Assembly: GCF_018977255.1 (NCBI RefSeq)
Contig: NW_024704743.1
Location: 71,426,001 to 71,490,000, forward strand
DNA length: 64,000 nt
From: Callorhinchus milii
Taxonomy: Eukaryota
Direction of reading: 5' to 3'
Positions 12,089 to 26,046 of the stretch are shown here, one piece after another (the first letter of the stretch is position 1; each line of letters opens with the position of its first letter). A program made the translations under genes and the position numbers. The notes beneath the pieces are model-generated. The model worked only from the letters and a program-made list of their open reading frames with translations, searched no databases and was not told the origin of the DNA.

Positions 12089-14603
12089 GTAAAGCACAAC
12101 TGATTTAAGGTGTTTGTTTCATTTGGAGGTAAAATAATCAAGATGTCCTTGCTTTGCCTCACTCTCTTTTAATGACTATCTTTTGTTGAGGTTGGGGGAA
12201 GGTAAGCAGGGTTTCTTCGAGGCTAAGTTGTCTGCAAGATTTTGTGCCTGGCAATGGAGTATAGGAATTAAGTTCGCCCTTTGTGACAGTCCTTCAAGGT
12301 AAACCAGCCTGCGCATTGGCAGACGTATCATTAGGGACAGGGATTTTTCCCACACCGTTACTGTTGCTCCCTGCAAGCCAAAGGCTTAATGGGTTCTATC
12401 TGACAAACAAAGGAGAGCTTGCCAGGCAGTGCCCTCAATGCCATTTTGCAGTTATAGCTGCTTAAACTCCAACAGTACTCTCTGGGATCCTCAAATCTTG
12501 GCTCTTGCCAACCTGTGGATTTGTTTAAAGTGATAAGGGGTAAATTCTAGAATTAGTTAATCCAAGTGGCTATCCTGCCATGTCTGGTAGTGACAATAGT
12601 GGTCGCTTGGGACCAGATTGTCTGGTGCCATTATGGTTAGAGTTCTGAAGATTGTATGGGTAGGGAAGACAGAAAGCAGAGAAAATAATGTACAAAAAGA
12701 AATGTACAGTTTATCGATCTGTCTTATCACATATCCGTGAAATCCAAAGAATGGAATATTTCTACACTTATGGACCACACAAGAGAACAGCTGAATTTTT
12801 TTTCTTCCCTACACCACTTTCCAGTATTTTTCAGTATGTTGCTAGGTTCCAAATGGCCTCTAGACTTGTGCTGGTTTTAATAGTTTTGCCCTTTTCCAAG
12901 GAACATTATTAAAAAGTAGTTATTTTTCATTTGGAAGTGAGTTGTGCGATTTTCTATGACCTCAATTATTTTATATCTTTCGGCAGACGGTTTTAAAATA
13001 TTATTTCCCTTCAGTTAACCTTGATATATTTCTATATCACCAAAAGTTACAATTGAGTATAAAACGTAATTAAAATATTATAATTGGTTTTAAGACTGCT
13101 TGTAATTTCACGTGATGCATGTATACTTTGGAATGTTAAATTATGTGTATAATCAGTATTTTATTGCTATTAATAGTTTGTTGAATATATTGGGGTTGAA
13201 ATTCCAGTATGGTTTCATTAGCAGCAAGAGTGGGATTGTAGAGGATTGTTGTATATTCAGTGCTGTGCAGTGTTGACAATCAGTGAGTAAGTTCAGAATG
13301 TTTGCCTCTGTGAACAGCAACAACAAATTACATTTGTATAGCGTTGTTCACGTCAGGTGGACATCGCAAGGCGCTGAGAGTGAAGGGAGTATTGTTGTCA
13401 GATTGAACACCGTCTTCATCCTGGTATGGCTTGTCAGGTAAAGGAGCCCGGCACCTTTTAGCATCATGCAATATCGACTCACTGTAGAGTCCGTCAGCCA
13501 CTATTTTATAATAATAATAATCCTTGCATTTGATATAGCGCTTTTCATGTCTTCTAGACGTCTCAAAGTGCTTCACAGAATTTACTATAAATTTTCTATG
13601 GTGATGCTGAAATTTTTTTAGCAACAAAATGTAATTTGGATTGGAGCTGCAAAGTCTAACCAAGAATGGTCTGTGTGCTTAGCACACCATTTATTCCTGT
13701 TCAAAGGTTAGGATAACTGTAATAGAACGGTATCCTGGAACGTACAATTCTAGGCATTTCATTTCCGTGCCCTACCAACTTTTGGTACAGAATCCAGAAA
13801 ACATCAAGATAAATGACTGTTCCAGCTCTATTGGCATGGTTTTTACTGTTTTGTTCTACTTAGCTTGTGAGGCTCTTATGAATACTTCGCTTTGAAATGG
13901 CACAGAATTTATAACTCAAAACCTGATTCTGTTATCTAGACAAGTGACATATGAGGAAGACCATGCATCATTTCGGACATAAAAAAGACTTTGTAATAAA
14001 ACTAAATTATAGACTAAATCTACACTGTACTTGTACACAAAAACATCAGATTATGGTAGATACTTTAGTCTCATAAAGGTATTTATTCAATTTTTTCTCA
14101 TTTACCTCTTCAGCATTGCAGGAACCTTTGGATAATGGTTATTTTTAATGTACACAGTATCAAATGAAAATTAAAGCAAATTTGCTGATATATGTTAAAT
14201 AATTTATACACACGGATAGCTTTATAACTTAATACAGACGAGATCATCTCTGTTTAGAGGATAATATGTGGAAAGACATGGTTGAAATAATTTACACTAC
14301 TGTATTTATGGACAGCCTTATTGTCTTCTGAAGTAATGTTCCCAGAGACACAATGATAGAAAGGTGCAATTACGTCAGCATTTATATTGTGTACAAATAA
14401 CATAGAAGAGCTAAGGCATAAAATCTTTAAGTATTTCCCAAAGACATTCTATGCTTGGTTATGAAAGGTGACTTAAATGGTAATGGAAGCAAACCGTAGG
14501 ACATTTCATTACAATAAAAGATCTGCTGCATTTAAATGTTAACATGTACCATAGGCTAGTATGATGGAAGAAAAAACACTGATATTTTGACTTTATTCTG
14601 CAG

Positions 14604-14736
14604 GTCAAAGCTCAGCTTCAGAATATGGGTGGCATTCAACCAATGAACATCTTCTTGCGTCAAGAAATTGACCGCATACAGCATGTCATTGCCCGAGTTA
14701 GGAGCACGCTGACGGATCTGAAATTAGCTATCGATG
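14604..14736 (+). CDS. dnah5l: DNAH5-like exon G (C-terminal domain)
   Basis: ctgcag|GTC acceptor, GATG|gtaaac donor; [44 protein letters not shown](G). Confidence 0.94.
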
Positions 14737-15304
14737 GTAAACTTTTATTTCTGTTCCTGGGGGAAGGAGAAGGTTTATAGCACATTAATATTGCAGGTGC
14801 TGGGTTATGATTATTTGGAAGGAAATAGTTATCTGATCGCAGTCTTCTAATTCACTAGATTAACTGAGGAAAAACACATGAAACACGCTAGAGTTTGACA
14901 CACTGCCGCCCACATGTCTCTGAGCAGGACTGCTGCATTAACGAACTCTTCACTGCTGATTGACCCAAGCACAACAATATAACTTCTGAGAAGAAATCAC
15001 AAAGGAAATCTATTGGTAAAGCAGTGACTGAATTAGTTTAGCCATTTCTCCACATGAGGATGAATATTTTCATAATAATAATTATCCTTGTATTTCACAT
15101 AACGCCTTGTCACATCTTCAAGACATTTCAAAGTGGTTTACGGGATATTGTGGATTGATATGTATGCCTCCTTCACAATTTTTCCTGCTAATGATTTTTG
15201 TGAAGATTAGTTACGATTTTTATTCGTTACTTTGAAAGGTTTCACTGATGAATCCCCATTAGTTTTTTAGTGTCCTATCATAACACATTGGAAGTGTAAT
15301 CTCA

Positions 15305-15660
15305 ATAAAACAACAACTTGCATTTATATAGTGCCCCTCATGCAGGGTAGCATCCCAGAGCGCTTGATGGTGGCGGAGCACAATGCTGAGCCGGGGGGAG
15401 GGGGAGGTGACAGTAGGTACGGTCGAAGAGGAAGGTCCTCAGGTGCGACCTGAAGATAGAGAAGGAGAGGGCAAGGGTGGAGGGATAGAGGAAGAGTGTT
15501 CCAGTGTTTCGGGGCATAGTGGCTGAAAGCGTAGCCACCCATGGAGGAACCGAGGGCACGAGGGACATGCAGGAGGCTGAAGCCAGTCGAGCAGTGGCAG
15601 TGGGTAGTGGGTTGGTGAGTAAGCAGGTCGGAGAGATAGGTAAGTGCCAGGGCATGAAGG
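15305..15660 (-). mobile_element. L2 LINE 3' end (similar ends near 27780-28165, 30950-31190, 32650-32950, 43930-44280, 49570-50000, 52280-52500, 53570-54040)
   Basis: LTYLSDLL..GGYAFSHYAPKHWNTLP; L2 tail tataaatgcaagttgttg. Confidence 0.8.
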
Positions 15661-16709
15661 TAATAAAACATTCATTCTGTTTCAGTGATAGTAACTTTTA
15701 AGGCTTGTTAATGAATGGACAGTGGATATTTCATGATAAAGAAAAGATCATGTATTTTAGGTCAATGCTCGCATTCTAAATGATTAAGGAGCAGGGTCTG
15801 CCATATTACCTTTTTGGAATTTTGCACTTGGCCACTATATTAACAGAAATAATGTAGTACTGCTGTACTTCCCAGCCAACACCTTGAGAATGGTTCTGCT
15901 GCAAAATGTGGCTTTGATCAAGTGACGGTGGCACGGCTGTGACTACAAACTGGTGCCGGCTGCTCTTCCACAGGTGAATGGTAGCAGAAACGTTTAATTA
16001 AAATAACTCAAAAGTCCATAATTCATCACTGATTCCAGTGCATTTTTCCCTTGAGGATAAGCACGTTTTCTTTGAAATTGGTTGTGTCTGATTAAAATCA
16101 AGATGGAATCTAACCCAAACACTAACCCCTTTGAATGCACTTCGACTGCAAAATCTAGGTGGGTATTTCTTAAGACAGGAATTGAATCGTTACAAGCAAT
16201 AAAGGCAGCCTGGGAGGTTGGGAGCTCAGAGCATTCATAACTGTCTGGGTATGGGATGGAAGAGGATCTTTGGTGGTAAAGATTCTCCATACTACCATAT
16301 TACCTCTGGTTTCAATATTTTGGGCGCACAGATATGCCATGTTACAAAATTTCACCTTGTACCATATAAGGTTACTTTGCTAGATTATCTGTTTGCTTGT
16401 TATACATGTTGGAATTGTTTCCCTTTTTTCCTCAAACTGCAAAAATTGATTTCCCACATGTCCAAAAGTGCAGTAATTGGATATTAACTGTGAAACGACA
16501 GGTTCATTACTGTGGCATTGCAATTTCTCTTCTGCTCTGAGGGTTCCTTGGAAAGATAACTCTCCCTGACATCTTTGGGTGTGGGAGGGTTTACACTGAT
16601 AGCCAGGAGCTCAAAGATACCATGATCACAAGGTTAACTAATGATTGACCATAAAAGAACAGTAGCAAACCAGTTATAATACTGTGTATATGCAGGAACG
16701 TGTAGATTT

Positions 16710-17860
16710 ACATAGACTGTACAGCATGGAAACATGCCATTAGCCATGTTTATACTCCACAGGAGTCTCTATCCACTCCTTACACCCTCTCATATCCTTC
16801 TATTCCCTTCTCTCTCATGTATATTTAGCTTCCTCTTGGCAAAAGAACCAGAAGGGAAATAAGGAGAATTTTTTTTAGGCATCAAGTCACTCTTTTCTGG
16901 AATGCATTGCCTGAAAGCATGTGGAAGCAGGTTTCAATAATAACTTTCATAATATTTCATATATACTTTCATATGTACTTGAAAAAAATTATTTAAACTG
17001 CAATCTTAATTCTTGTTTCAGCAAAAGACAATATGTAAGATCATAAATGGATCTGAAAATGTCGACCGGGAGTAATATTTTCAGATACACCATGAAAGCA
17101 AAAAAACACAGGTTCAGAGTTAGGAAGGGCAATTTGTTGGGGATAAATAACAGTTGAAAAAAAACAGGAGGAGGATTTTATTTACACAGTGAATTGTTGT
17201 CCCTGTCCCTCTGGAACTCCATCCCACAGTCCCTCTGCCTCGCCCCTCCTTTGCCTCCTTCAAGACCCATATCAAGACACTCTTCTTCGACTGTGCTTTC
17301 GATCACCCAGCTTCCCCCCCTGCCCTCCACCCTCCCCGATCACGAACCCCAGCTCGGGTCCAAAACTGTCTGTCCAGCGCCTTGGGATATCCTCCTGACG
17401 TGAAAGGCGCTATGCAAATGTAATTTTGTTGTTGTAGTTGTTACGATCTGGAATGCACTGCCTGAAAGGATGGTGGAAGCAGATTCAATAATAACTTTCA
17501 GAAGGGAATTGGATAGGTACTTGAAAGGGAAAAAAAGTGCAAGGCTATGGGGAAAGAGCGGGGGAGTGGGATTGATTGGATATCTCTTTCAAAGAGCCAG
17601 CACAAGCATGATGGGCGAATGGCCACCTTCTGTGCTGTAGGATTCTATGATTCTATAAAATGCATCTATATTATCTGCTTTAACCACAGCTTCAGGCGGT
17701 GAGTTCCTCATTCTCATAACCCTCTGCGTGAAACAATTCCTCCTAAATTCCTCTGGTCACTATTTTATAATAAGGTGCCCTCTGTTATGGACTCCCCAAA
17801 CAATTGGGAATAACCTATTTATGCTAACCTTTGAACCCTTTATAATTTTAAAAATCTCTG
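16710..17860. mobile_element. Nested CR1 (-) / CR1 (+) / L2 cluster
   Basis: Minus CR1 3' end split at 16837/17657; plus CR1 (tggaatgcactgcctgaaagg..ggattctatgattcta tail) split by L2. Confidence 0.7.
17198..17440 (+). mobile_element. L2 3' end nested in CR1
   Basis: LWNSIPQSL..FKT..KTLFFD; tail cagcgccttgggatatcctcctgacgtgaaaggcgctatgcaaatgtaattttgttgttg. Confidence 0.85.
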
Positions 17861-18709
17861 CTTTATGTATGCAGCCATATTGCTTTTCCATTTTAAAAGA
17901 AATCGGCGGATACTGTAAAGTCAAAGTGATTGCTGAGGTTAAATACTCCAGACAAACCCTTTACTCTGTGCGTAGAGTCCTTAGACTTTGGAGTCGATAT
18001 ATGAAACACAATCCCAGCATAATTATTTATTGCAGTGCTATGTCCTTCAAAATAAGAAGTGGATAAGTACCTATCAGGGACAACATTGGAGGTCATGATA
18101 GCTACAATCTCCATGGCAAATGCGTTTTATTTTGCTTCTGAGTCCTAGGGGATGAGATGGTAGTAGGCTGATGCTGACCTAATGGAGTTGTTGTGGAGTT
18201 TTTACCTTGTTCGTCTTTTAGGGTAATGTAGTGTCTGTGCAGAACTTCACCCCCAGGAGATCAAAGTCCACAATTTTGTAGTTTTTCCCTAGGCCTAAAT
18301 GTACTTTTTCTCCTTTTGTCTTGCTTTATGTTCTACCCCATTTGGGATGAAGTGAGGACATGAATCTTGAACGTACTGGGATTCCTGTAGGTTCAGATCA
18401 ATTACCTTTTAAAAAAAGACTCAAGATATAGAGAAACTTTGCTATTAATTGCATCCATTGGGACATCCTCCTGATGTGAAAGATGCTATAAAATATAATT
18501 TGTTGTTCCATATGGACTGCTTACCTTTCATACATGTACAACGACTACTATGTACAGGACTCAATTCACAGAGTTCAATTGGATTTAGATTTTTGGGAGG
18601 ATTTGACATGAGTCACTTTTTTAAAAGTTTGTGAAAGTTAATTACTTTGACTTCCTCTCTGAATCTGATATTCCCTGTGTCGGCATACACCAGCCCATGG
18701 GTCAAAATC

Positions 18710-19320
18710 ACAGTGACGATTCTCCTTGAGGGGAGATAAGTGGGCTCTGCTTGGAGCTAAGCTGACTCCAAGGTTGTACTTGGCAATGGAATGTTGGAAG
18801 AGAGTCAATTCTCATCGGCATTTCCTGAGCTAAGCCGATCTGCAGTACTCCAAGGCACTGTTAATGTCACTCCAGCCAGCCTGGCTCATCGGCAGGACTT
18901 GCAGGGACAAGTCAGTGGGGACAGTGATTCTTCTGACTTGGTTCTGGTTAACTCTGTGAGGTAAAGCCTATCAGGTAGGGTGGCCCTAGCTGGGCAAGCA
19001 GGGGAAAGCTTGCCAGGCAGTTCCACTCAATAGCAAGCTAAGTGGTTTGGGCTGGTTGAACTTAAGAGGTAACACCAACGGTTACTATGTAAACAGGGTC
19101 CCCAAGTCTTGGCTTGTCAACCTTCATCTAATACCTTCCAGAATTAGATAAGCAGCATGAGTCCCTTCAGGGATAGCATGAGCATTCCATTCCAGACATA
19201 GAGAAATCTGCGTGTGTAAGAGGTGGCTTCATATGTGGAACTCTCAGTTTGGTTTGGGTACTTTTAAACAGGGTGATGGGTTTCCGCATGAGTCAGACAT
19301 CCAGCTGACCAAAATAAAAC
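18710..19320 (+). repeat. Unclassified ~600-700 bp interspersed repeat (LF-SINE-like), copy with the most complete body
   Basis: Homologous copies at ~5680-5900, 12175-12560, 20300-20690, 25500-26370(-), 30345-30765, 40470-40590(-), 44455-44830(-), 51085-51610; shared 3' end ggtgatgggtttc..catg.gtcagaca.ccagctgaccaaaa. Confidence 0.8.
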
Positions 19321-20019
19321 AGATCCTCCCACTTTAATCTATTGTCTGGCTACAATTATGTCGTCACCAAGCAATCCCTGCTAAAACGTCCAGTAACATC
19401 CATAAAAAGTGGCACAAACTAAGCCCTGCTGCCAACATGAAAATCGGGAAGAGGAGGTATACAAATACAAGAGGCCATGGAGCATTACATTTATTTCCAC
19501 TCATGAGCCAGGGTGTACTTCACTTATGATTATATTTTTCATAAGTTATCATGTTTGTCCTAAGTGCGAAAATACATTTCTAATATCTTACTACCTCAAG
19601 TAGTATATTTTTAAAATGTAACATTAGGGAAAAAATTGGATTTGGAAAAGGTCAGTTCCATTTAAATTGGATTAAGTTTTTTTAAAAGTTTTACATTTGG
19701 GTAAAAAAAAATACGATTGAAAGCTTGCTTAGGATTCTTCTGCAAGAATACTTGCTAGAGTTCACGACATAATTTTATCAAGAATATCACCATTAAATTT
19801 GTAGACACCCAGCAGAAAGAGTTTGTGCACAGTGCACCAATGAAAATTAACGATTCTTGCTTTCAGTTTCATGTTTCAAATTATTCTTAAGGAACAAGCT
19901 ATAATTGATCCAGTGGATAATAGAGGCCTGAATCTCATGGCTTTAGCCTTAAGGCCATTGATATAAAATGTAAGAACTGTAGAAAAACATCTTTCCAAAT
20001 TAAGACTAAGATTTCAAAA

Positions 20020-20258
20020 TAATAATAATAATCCTTGCATTTGACATAGTGCTTTTCACGTCTTCCAGACGTCTCAAAGTGCTTCACAGAATATGCTGTA
20101 AAATGAATTGACCGTATAATTGTGGGCGAAACGTGCACAGGAGTGTCCCACAAACAGTCGTGGATTGAAAATGACCAATGTATTATTGTTTTGATTTGGG
20201 GGGATTATTATTAGGTGTGTGGAGTAAGGAAACTTGCCCAAGGTTTCGCCCTGCCTGG
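20020..20258 (-). mobile_element. tRNA-SINE, 5'-truncated
   Basis: Family tail and body up to ggtttcgccctgcctgg. Confidence 0.85.
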
Positions 20259-21459
20259 CGAATGTTGTCCAGTGTCAGATGTTGTCCAATCTTAAATAAT
20301 TAAATAATGGTCATTCTGGGGGAGATAACAGGGTTTCTTTGGGGCAGAGTTGGCTTCAAGGTAATGTACCTAGCAATGGAATATTTGTATTAAGTCAGTC
20401 CTCTGTGGTCTCCGTAGCCCAGTTGATTAGCTCAGGCCCATAGCACGCAAAGGTACTGTGATCACAAGCCAGCCAGCCTGGCTCATCAGGACGGAGAATA
20501 CTGAGGGTCGGGATTCTTCCTTATTAGCTCTTGTTACCCTTGCTAGAAAAAAGCCCTGATGGATTGGGTGAGGCTAGCTGGACAAGCAGCAGGAAGCTTG
20601 GCAGATATTGTTCACAATGGAAAACTGCAATTGTAATTAGTTAAACTCCCACAATACCCCAAATACGCTCTGGTATTGCAACCCTTATTAATACCAGAGT
20701 TAAACGATAACCACGCATCCCAAAGAAAAGTCTTATGCTGCCCCAGCATTCTTTTTAGAAAATAATATATTGTTCTTTTTAGCAAAACTATTTTGTTTAT
20801 GTGATTTCAAGGAGGAAGAGCTGTTTCAAATTCTTATAACATTCATGGGTCTGGAAAACCAGAGCTCATTTAATATAGAAATTAACAGTAAAACATTCTC
20901 TGATCCACACAGATAATACCTAGTTTAGTTTGTAAAAGTCAATCATTAAAACTGAGATGAACAGATGTATTTGCTATTGAAACCACTGACGAAAAATGCT
21001 TGTGCAATTTGAAAAGACAACAGGCTCAGGCTGAACTTGTTTAAATTGGTCCAGATTCAGATTTTTCACGATGCATATAATTGTGTATAAATTTAGATTA
21101 TCACTTTAGATTGCCCTTAATAGCCACTAACCAGAACATTTAAATTACCAGCCAATGCTCATTAAATGTAAGCAATCTCAAACACTGAGCACTTGAGATG
21201 AAGCTAAGCCCTTGCGACAATGAAATTCTTTAACGATGACAGTGGATAGCTTGAGGTCAAATTAATAGCACGTTCCATTAATAAACTTTACATGGCTGGT
21301 TTGCTTTGCCAATCTTAACCATCAATTGCAGTAGTTAATGGAAAGAGAAAAATGTCAGGCCACAACAAAAAAGACAGCGAATGAGAAAAGGCTGTAAGAA
21401 CCTGTAGTCATTGTACAAATGTTTTCTGTGCTTCCTAAAGGATTTTTTTTTTAATTTAG

Positions 21460-21668
21460 GCACAATCATAATGTCTGAAGACTTGAGAGATGCGCTTGAT
21501 AATATGTATGATGCCCGGATTCCAAAGCTGTGGTACAAAATTTCCTGGGAATCTGCTACTCTTGGGTTCTGGTTCACAGAGCTGCTTGAAAGAAATCAGC
21601 AGTTCTACTCCTGGCTGTTTGATGGGCGACCAAACCAATTCTGGATGACTGGATTCTTTAACCCTCAG
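21460..21668 (+). CDS. dnah5l: DNAH5-like exon H
   Basis: atttag|GC acceptor, CAG|gtcagc donor; (G)[69 protein letters not shown]. Confidence 0.95.
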
Positions 21669-23939
21669 GTCAGCTACTCAAATAGTTAATCTCGGTACTG
21701 GTTTAGTAATCAAAAACGGTTAATTTCTCCATTATTATTCGTTTTGAGGGTCTTCCTTCACCACCTTCAGGCCATGCCTATAGTCACTTCTCCCCTCCCG
21801 GCTCAGTAAAGTGCTCCACCACTGTCAAGCACTCTGGGAACCTGCGTGAGTGGTGCTCTATAAATGCAAGTTGCTGTTGTTAAAATGTGTTATTTTACGG
21901 TTGCTATAACAACAGTGTAGTGAATTAGTGCACTCCCCAGTGATCAGAAGAGTGTTTTCTTAATCATTGCCTTCCTGTTCTGAAATTGCTATTGTAACTT
22001 TCCAATATTGACCTTCCAATGGGTATTTTTTTATGTTGCTTTTTTGCTCTGATCTCTATTGGGATCTTCTCGATCCCCTGCATGTCTTTGGATCTCTGGT
22101 TCCCTTTCTCAAGAGCTCTCTTACTCGGTCTGCACATAGCCCCAACCACTGTCTATTCAAGCTGGGTTGAACTGTTGCTCTCCTATGTAGTCCTGGCTTA
22201 CAGAGAAGCCATGTTCTGAAAACCACACAAGAGTTTGAGTAGTTTCATGTTCCACTTCCTGTTACCTCTGATTAGAAATACTCCCAATTTCCTTATTCAA
22301 AATACTCCAGTTATTGTGAAATGGATCCTGACACACTGAGAAAAAAAATCCATGCTCCTTCATTATCATTTTCTATTCCTCTAAAGTCTTACTAGATTAC
22401 AGCTTTCAAGTTGTCCTTCAGTACCTCACTCAAGTGACCATTTTCATAGTTCAGTGTAGACAGTGAGCATCAAGCACGGGAGATATAACATCCGATTTTG
22501 ATCATGTGCTTACCTGAACATGCTGAGTTTCCAAAAGTGATCAGGAGCAGGAATTCTCCCCTTCCTACCACTGCCTCAATTGAGTTTCAAACCCTGTGAA
22601 TTACATTTGGCATCTTCCTGATCTGCTTTGCTCAGGTTCTGGTTTGGCATCATCATTAACAACTGAGCTATTGGAATGGAAAACCCACTGTAACTAGAAC
22701 ATTAATCAAAATCTTTCAGGAGAGTACCTTTTTTAGATACTAATTTGCTTTCTCTGGAGAGGTTCAGTTGCACTTAGATGAATGCATTAAACTCTGAGTA
22801 CATTGGTACTGAGGTAAGTGGTGTACTGTGCTCTTTGTACCTGCAAGGTAATGATCTAAGCTTCCCCATTTACATTTGTCATAGTGGGCAGCTCAGAGTA
22901 TCAGAAAACATATTATGGCTGTGGCTGTATTTAGCCCTTATACTAGAGAAATCCAATTATAGATCTTACAGATAATCCCTAAATTAGTGTTGTTGTTGTT
23001 GTTGTAAATTAGTGCCCCTCTTGGATGGAACCTGCAAGGCTGCTGGTGTGTATATCTGTATGGGGTTGGGGGTGGGGGGATCGTATCGGATTGTAATATG
23101 GTTTACAATCTCCTTATTCCTTATTAAGCTAAAACTGAACCCACCTCTCCTGATGGAAGGTTTTGCCCTTAAAATAGAACAGCATTGTTGGCAGTGCGGT
23201 TTACACTAGGGCTACCACTGCTGTAACGTAAATTTCCATTTAGTAGTGGTCGTAAAGATACGTGATGAACAGGATTCCATATTTAGCTGTCGGCTCTGAG
23301 CGCTAGCGTTATTATGGGATTTTGCACTGGTTGAATCAGAAAGCAATTACGTAGAAATTTCTCTCAGGAGTTTAAATGAGTGCTGCAGCATCTACGATGA
23401 AGCACATTATGCATGGTTTATGGAAGGATAATAGGCACTGCTGGAACATAGGAAGTGGGGGCACATTCCAAAGGGAGCAGAGGGTGCTGCAAAATTACCA
23501 TCTGAGCCCTAAGGTTTCTAATCGTGCTAGCCTTAAAAATCTTACATTTTAAATTGTGCAGCATTTTGGAAATTAATCTTAAATTCAGTCTTCATTTCTG
23601 AGATGGATTTCTGCAGTACTTTTTAAGAAAGGTGTAGGTTGCTGTAGATGATTAGAGGAAGGCAATATTTATATTGTAAGGAGCTTTACGTTCTTAAGAA
23701 AATAAGGGTAATGACTAAAGAAAGTAACCATTACAGTATTCTTGGACGAAAGTTTTTGGTCACCAATCTATTTACATCAGATTTACTGTTCCAATGGCTT
23801 AGTTGTTGATCGCACTGCTACATAGAAACCTGAGCCATGCAGATCAGGAAGATCCTACATTCACCGGGTGTGGATCTTAATTGAGACAGTGGTATGGAGG
23901 GGAAAATTAACTAGGATACCTGATCCTAATTGCTACATA

Positions 23940-24195
23940 TAATAATAATCCTTGCATTTGATATATCACGTCTTCTAGACGTCTCAAAGCGCTTCACAGA
24001 ATATACTGTAAAGTGAATTGACGGTATATTTGTGGGCGAAACGCGGCAGCCAATTGCGCACAGCAGTGTCCCACAAATAGTCATGGATTGAAGTGACCAA
24101 TGTTATTGTTTTTTTTTCTCGAGGGATTATTATTAGACGTGTGGAGTAAGGAAATTTGCCCAAGGTTTCGCCCTGCAGGGAATTGAGCCCTGGTC
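23940..24195 (-). mobile_element. tRNA-SINE, 5'-truncated
   Basis: Family tail, body and B-box region. Confidence 0.85.
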
Positions 24196-24668
24196 ACATG
24201 CACACCAAGCATGAGCACCTTGTACAGGAAGTGCTGCTAAAGTTATTTGTGAAGGAAGTAATCAGTGGCAATCTGATGACCCAGAATTCTGCCTTTTTCT
24301 TCCACTTCTCTAAAAGCAAGAGATTGGATAACTGTATAATAAAGGGGTTGTTCTGTATTTGGGTTAAAAGAGTTCTACACTTTTGAGGAAAGGAATTTGA
24401 AAAGGAGCTGAGGAAAGTAGTTGGTGAATATTTGTTGGGCATGGGCATATTTATTACTACAGTACCACTAGCCAAGGAGTAATTCTGCTTAGAAGCAACA
24501 GCAGCATTTCTGATGGTACGATTTCATCCATAATCATATTTCCAAAGAAAATTAATGCAATTGATTCATATTTCATCTGACACCATTATATAAAGTTATT
24601 TTGTTTTTTGCTGGTTGGGTCTCTTATATAATATGAAGAAATTGATATATATGTATTTCTCTGCACAG

Positions 24669-24890
24669 GGTTTTTTGACTGCAATGCGTCAGGAAACCAC
24701 TCGTATGAATCTGAACAAGGGCTGGGCCCTGGACAGCGTTATTCTTCACAATGATGTGACCAAAATGATGAAGGAAGATGTCACTGCTATTCCCCCTGCA
24801 GACATTGGTGGCGTTTACATCTATGGCCTGTTTTTAGAGGGCAGTGGCTGGGACAGAAGAAACATAAGACTTATGGAATCAGCTCCAAAA
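24669..24890 (+). CDS. dnah5l: DNAH5-like exon I
   Basis: gcacag|GGT acceptor, AAA|gtaagc donor; [24 protein letters not shown]...[28 protein letters not shown]. Confidence 0.95.
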
Positions 24891-25760
24891 GTAAGCGGAT
24901 TCTTGTTTATCCCTCACACCCCACTGACATGGGATTGCATTTTAGAAAGCAAAGATGAGAGCAGTATTTGTCATCAAAGTCCAAGAAATATTTAAAAGAG
25001 ATATGGATAGAAACTCGGGATTTAAGGTTATTAAAGGATATAGAGAATTTGTGAGGAAATCGGCTTAAAAAATCGGCTTTTATAAAATGGCAGACCAGGT
25101 TCCTTAGGCCAAATAGCCTACTCCAGATCATATGTTCCCATGGAAGCATTCGTCAGGGTAGATACTCCAGGATGAAAGAAATCTAGGTATTTACGTTTGG
25201 TTGAGTCCATGACAAAGCAGATTATACATTATTCAGGATGTGATGTTATTAGGATTTTGGGTTGTTCCATATTTTGGCAACAAGAACGTGAATGGATTTC
25301 TTTCCACCGTTGACAAAAAAAAGGTTTACTCCACAGCAATAACAATCTGTAGACTTGGAATTGGATGAGATCCAAGCATTCAGCAGATGCAATACATTTA
25401 TTGCCTTTTAATTCTCACCATTACCTTTACTGTACAATGTGGTAAATGAGGATAGGCAGTTTATAATTATAAAACACAGAGGAGACAATAATAAATGTAC
25501 TTCAGCAGGATGTCTTATCTCACATGAAGAAACCTATTTCCTTAATTAAGAGTATCCAAATCAGACAGTTTCATATATGCATGCATAGAACTTTTTCTGT
25601 GTTTGGAATGGACTGTGCACTCACTAGAGACCTGCCCTGCTTACTTAATTCCAGAAAATATTAGGTACAGTTTGGCACGATCCAAGGCTTGGGGACCCAG
25701 AGTTTGCGATTAGGGTACCACTGGAGTTTAACCAGCTAAAACCCCATAGTTTGGCATTGT

Positions 25761-26046
25761 AATAATAATAATAATCCTTGCATTTGATATAGTGCTTTTC
25801 ACGTCTTCTAGATGTCTCAAAGTGCTTCACAGAATATACTGTAAAGTGAATTGACTGTATATTTGTGGGCGAAAAGCGGCAGCCAATTGCGCACAGCAGT
25901 TTTCCACAAACAGTCGTGGATTGAAATGACCAATTTATTATTGTTTTTAAGAGTAAGGAAACTTGCCCAAGGTTTCCCCTTGCCGGGAATCAAAGCCAGG
26001 TCTCTCACTTACAAGGCAAATGTTCTAACCACTGAGCTACAGGAGT
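25761..26046 (-). mobile_element. tRNA-derived SINE inserted in an older repeat, with 8-bp TSD
   Basis: Same family; CATTGTAA at 25755-25762 and 26049-26056. Confidence 0.85.
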
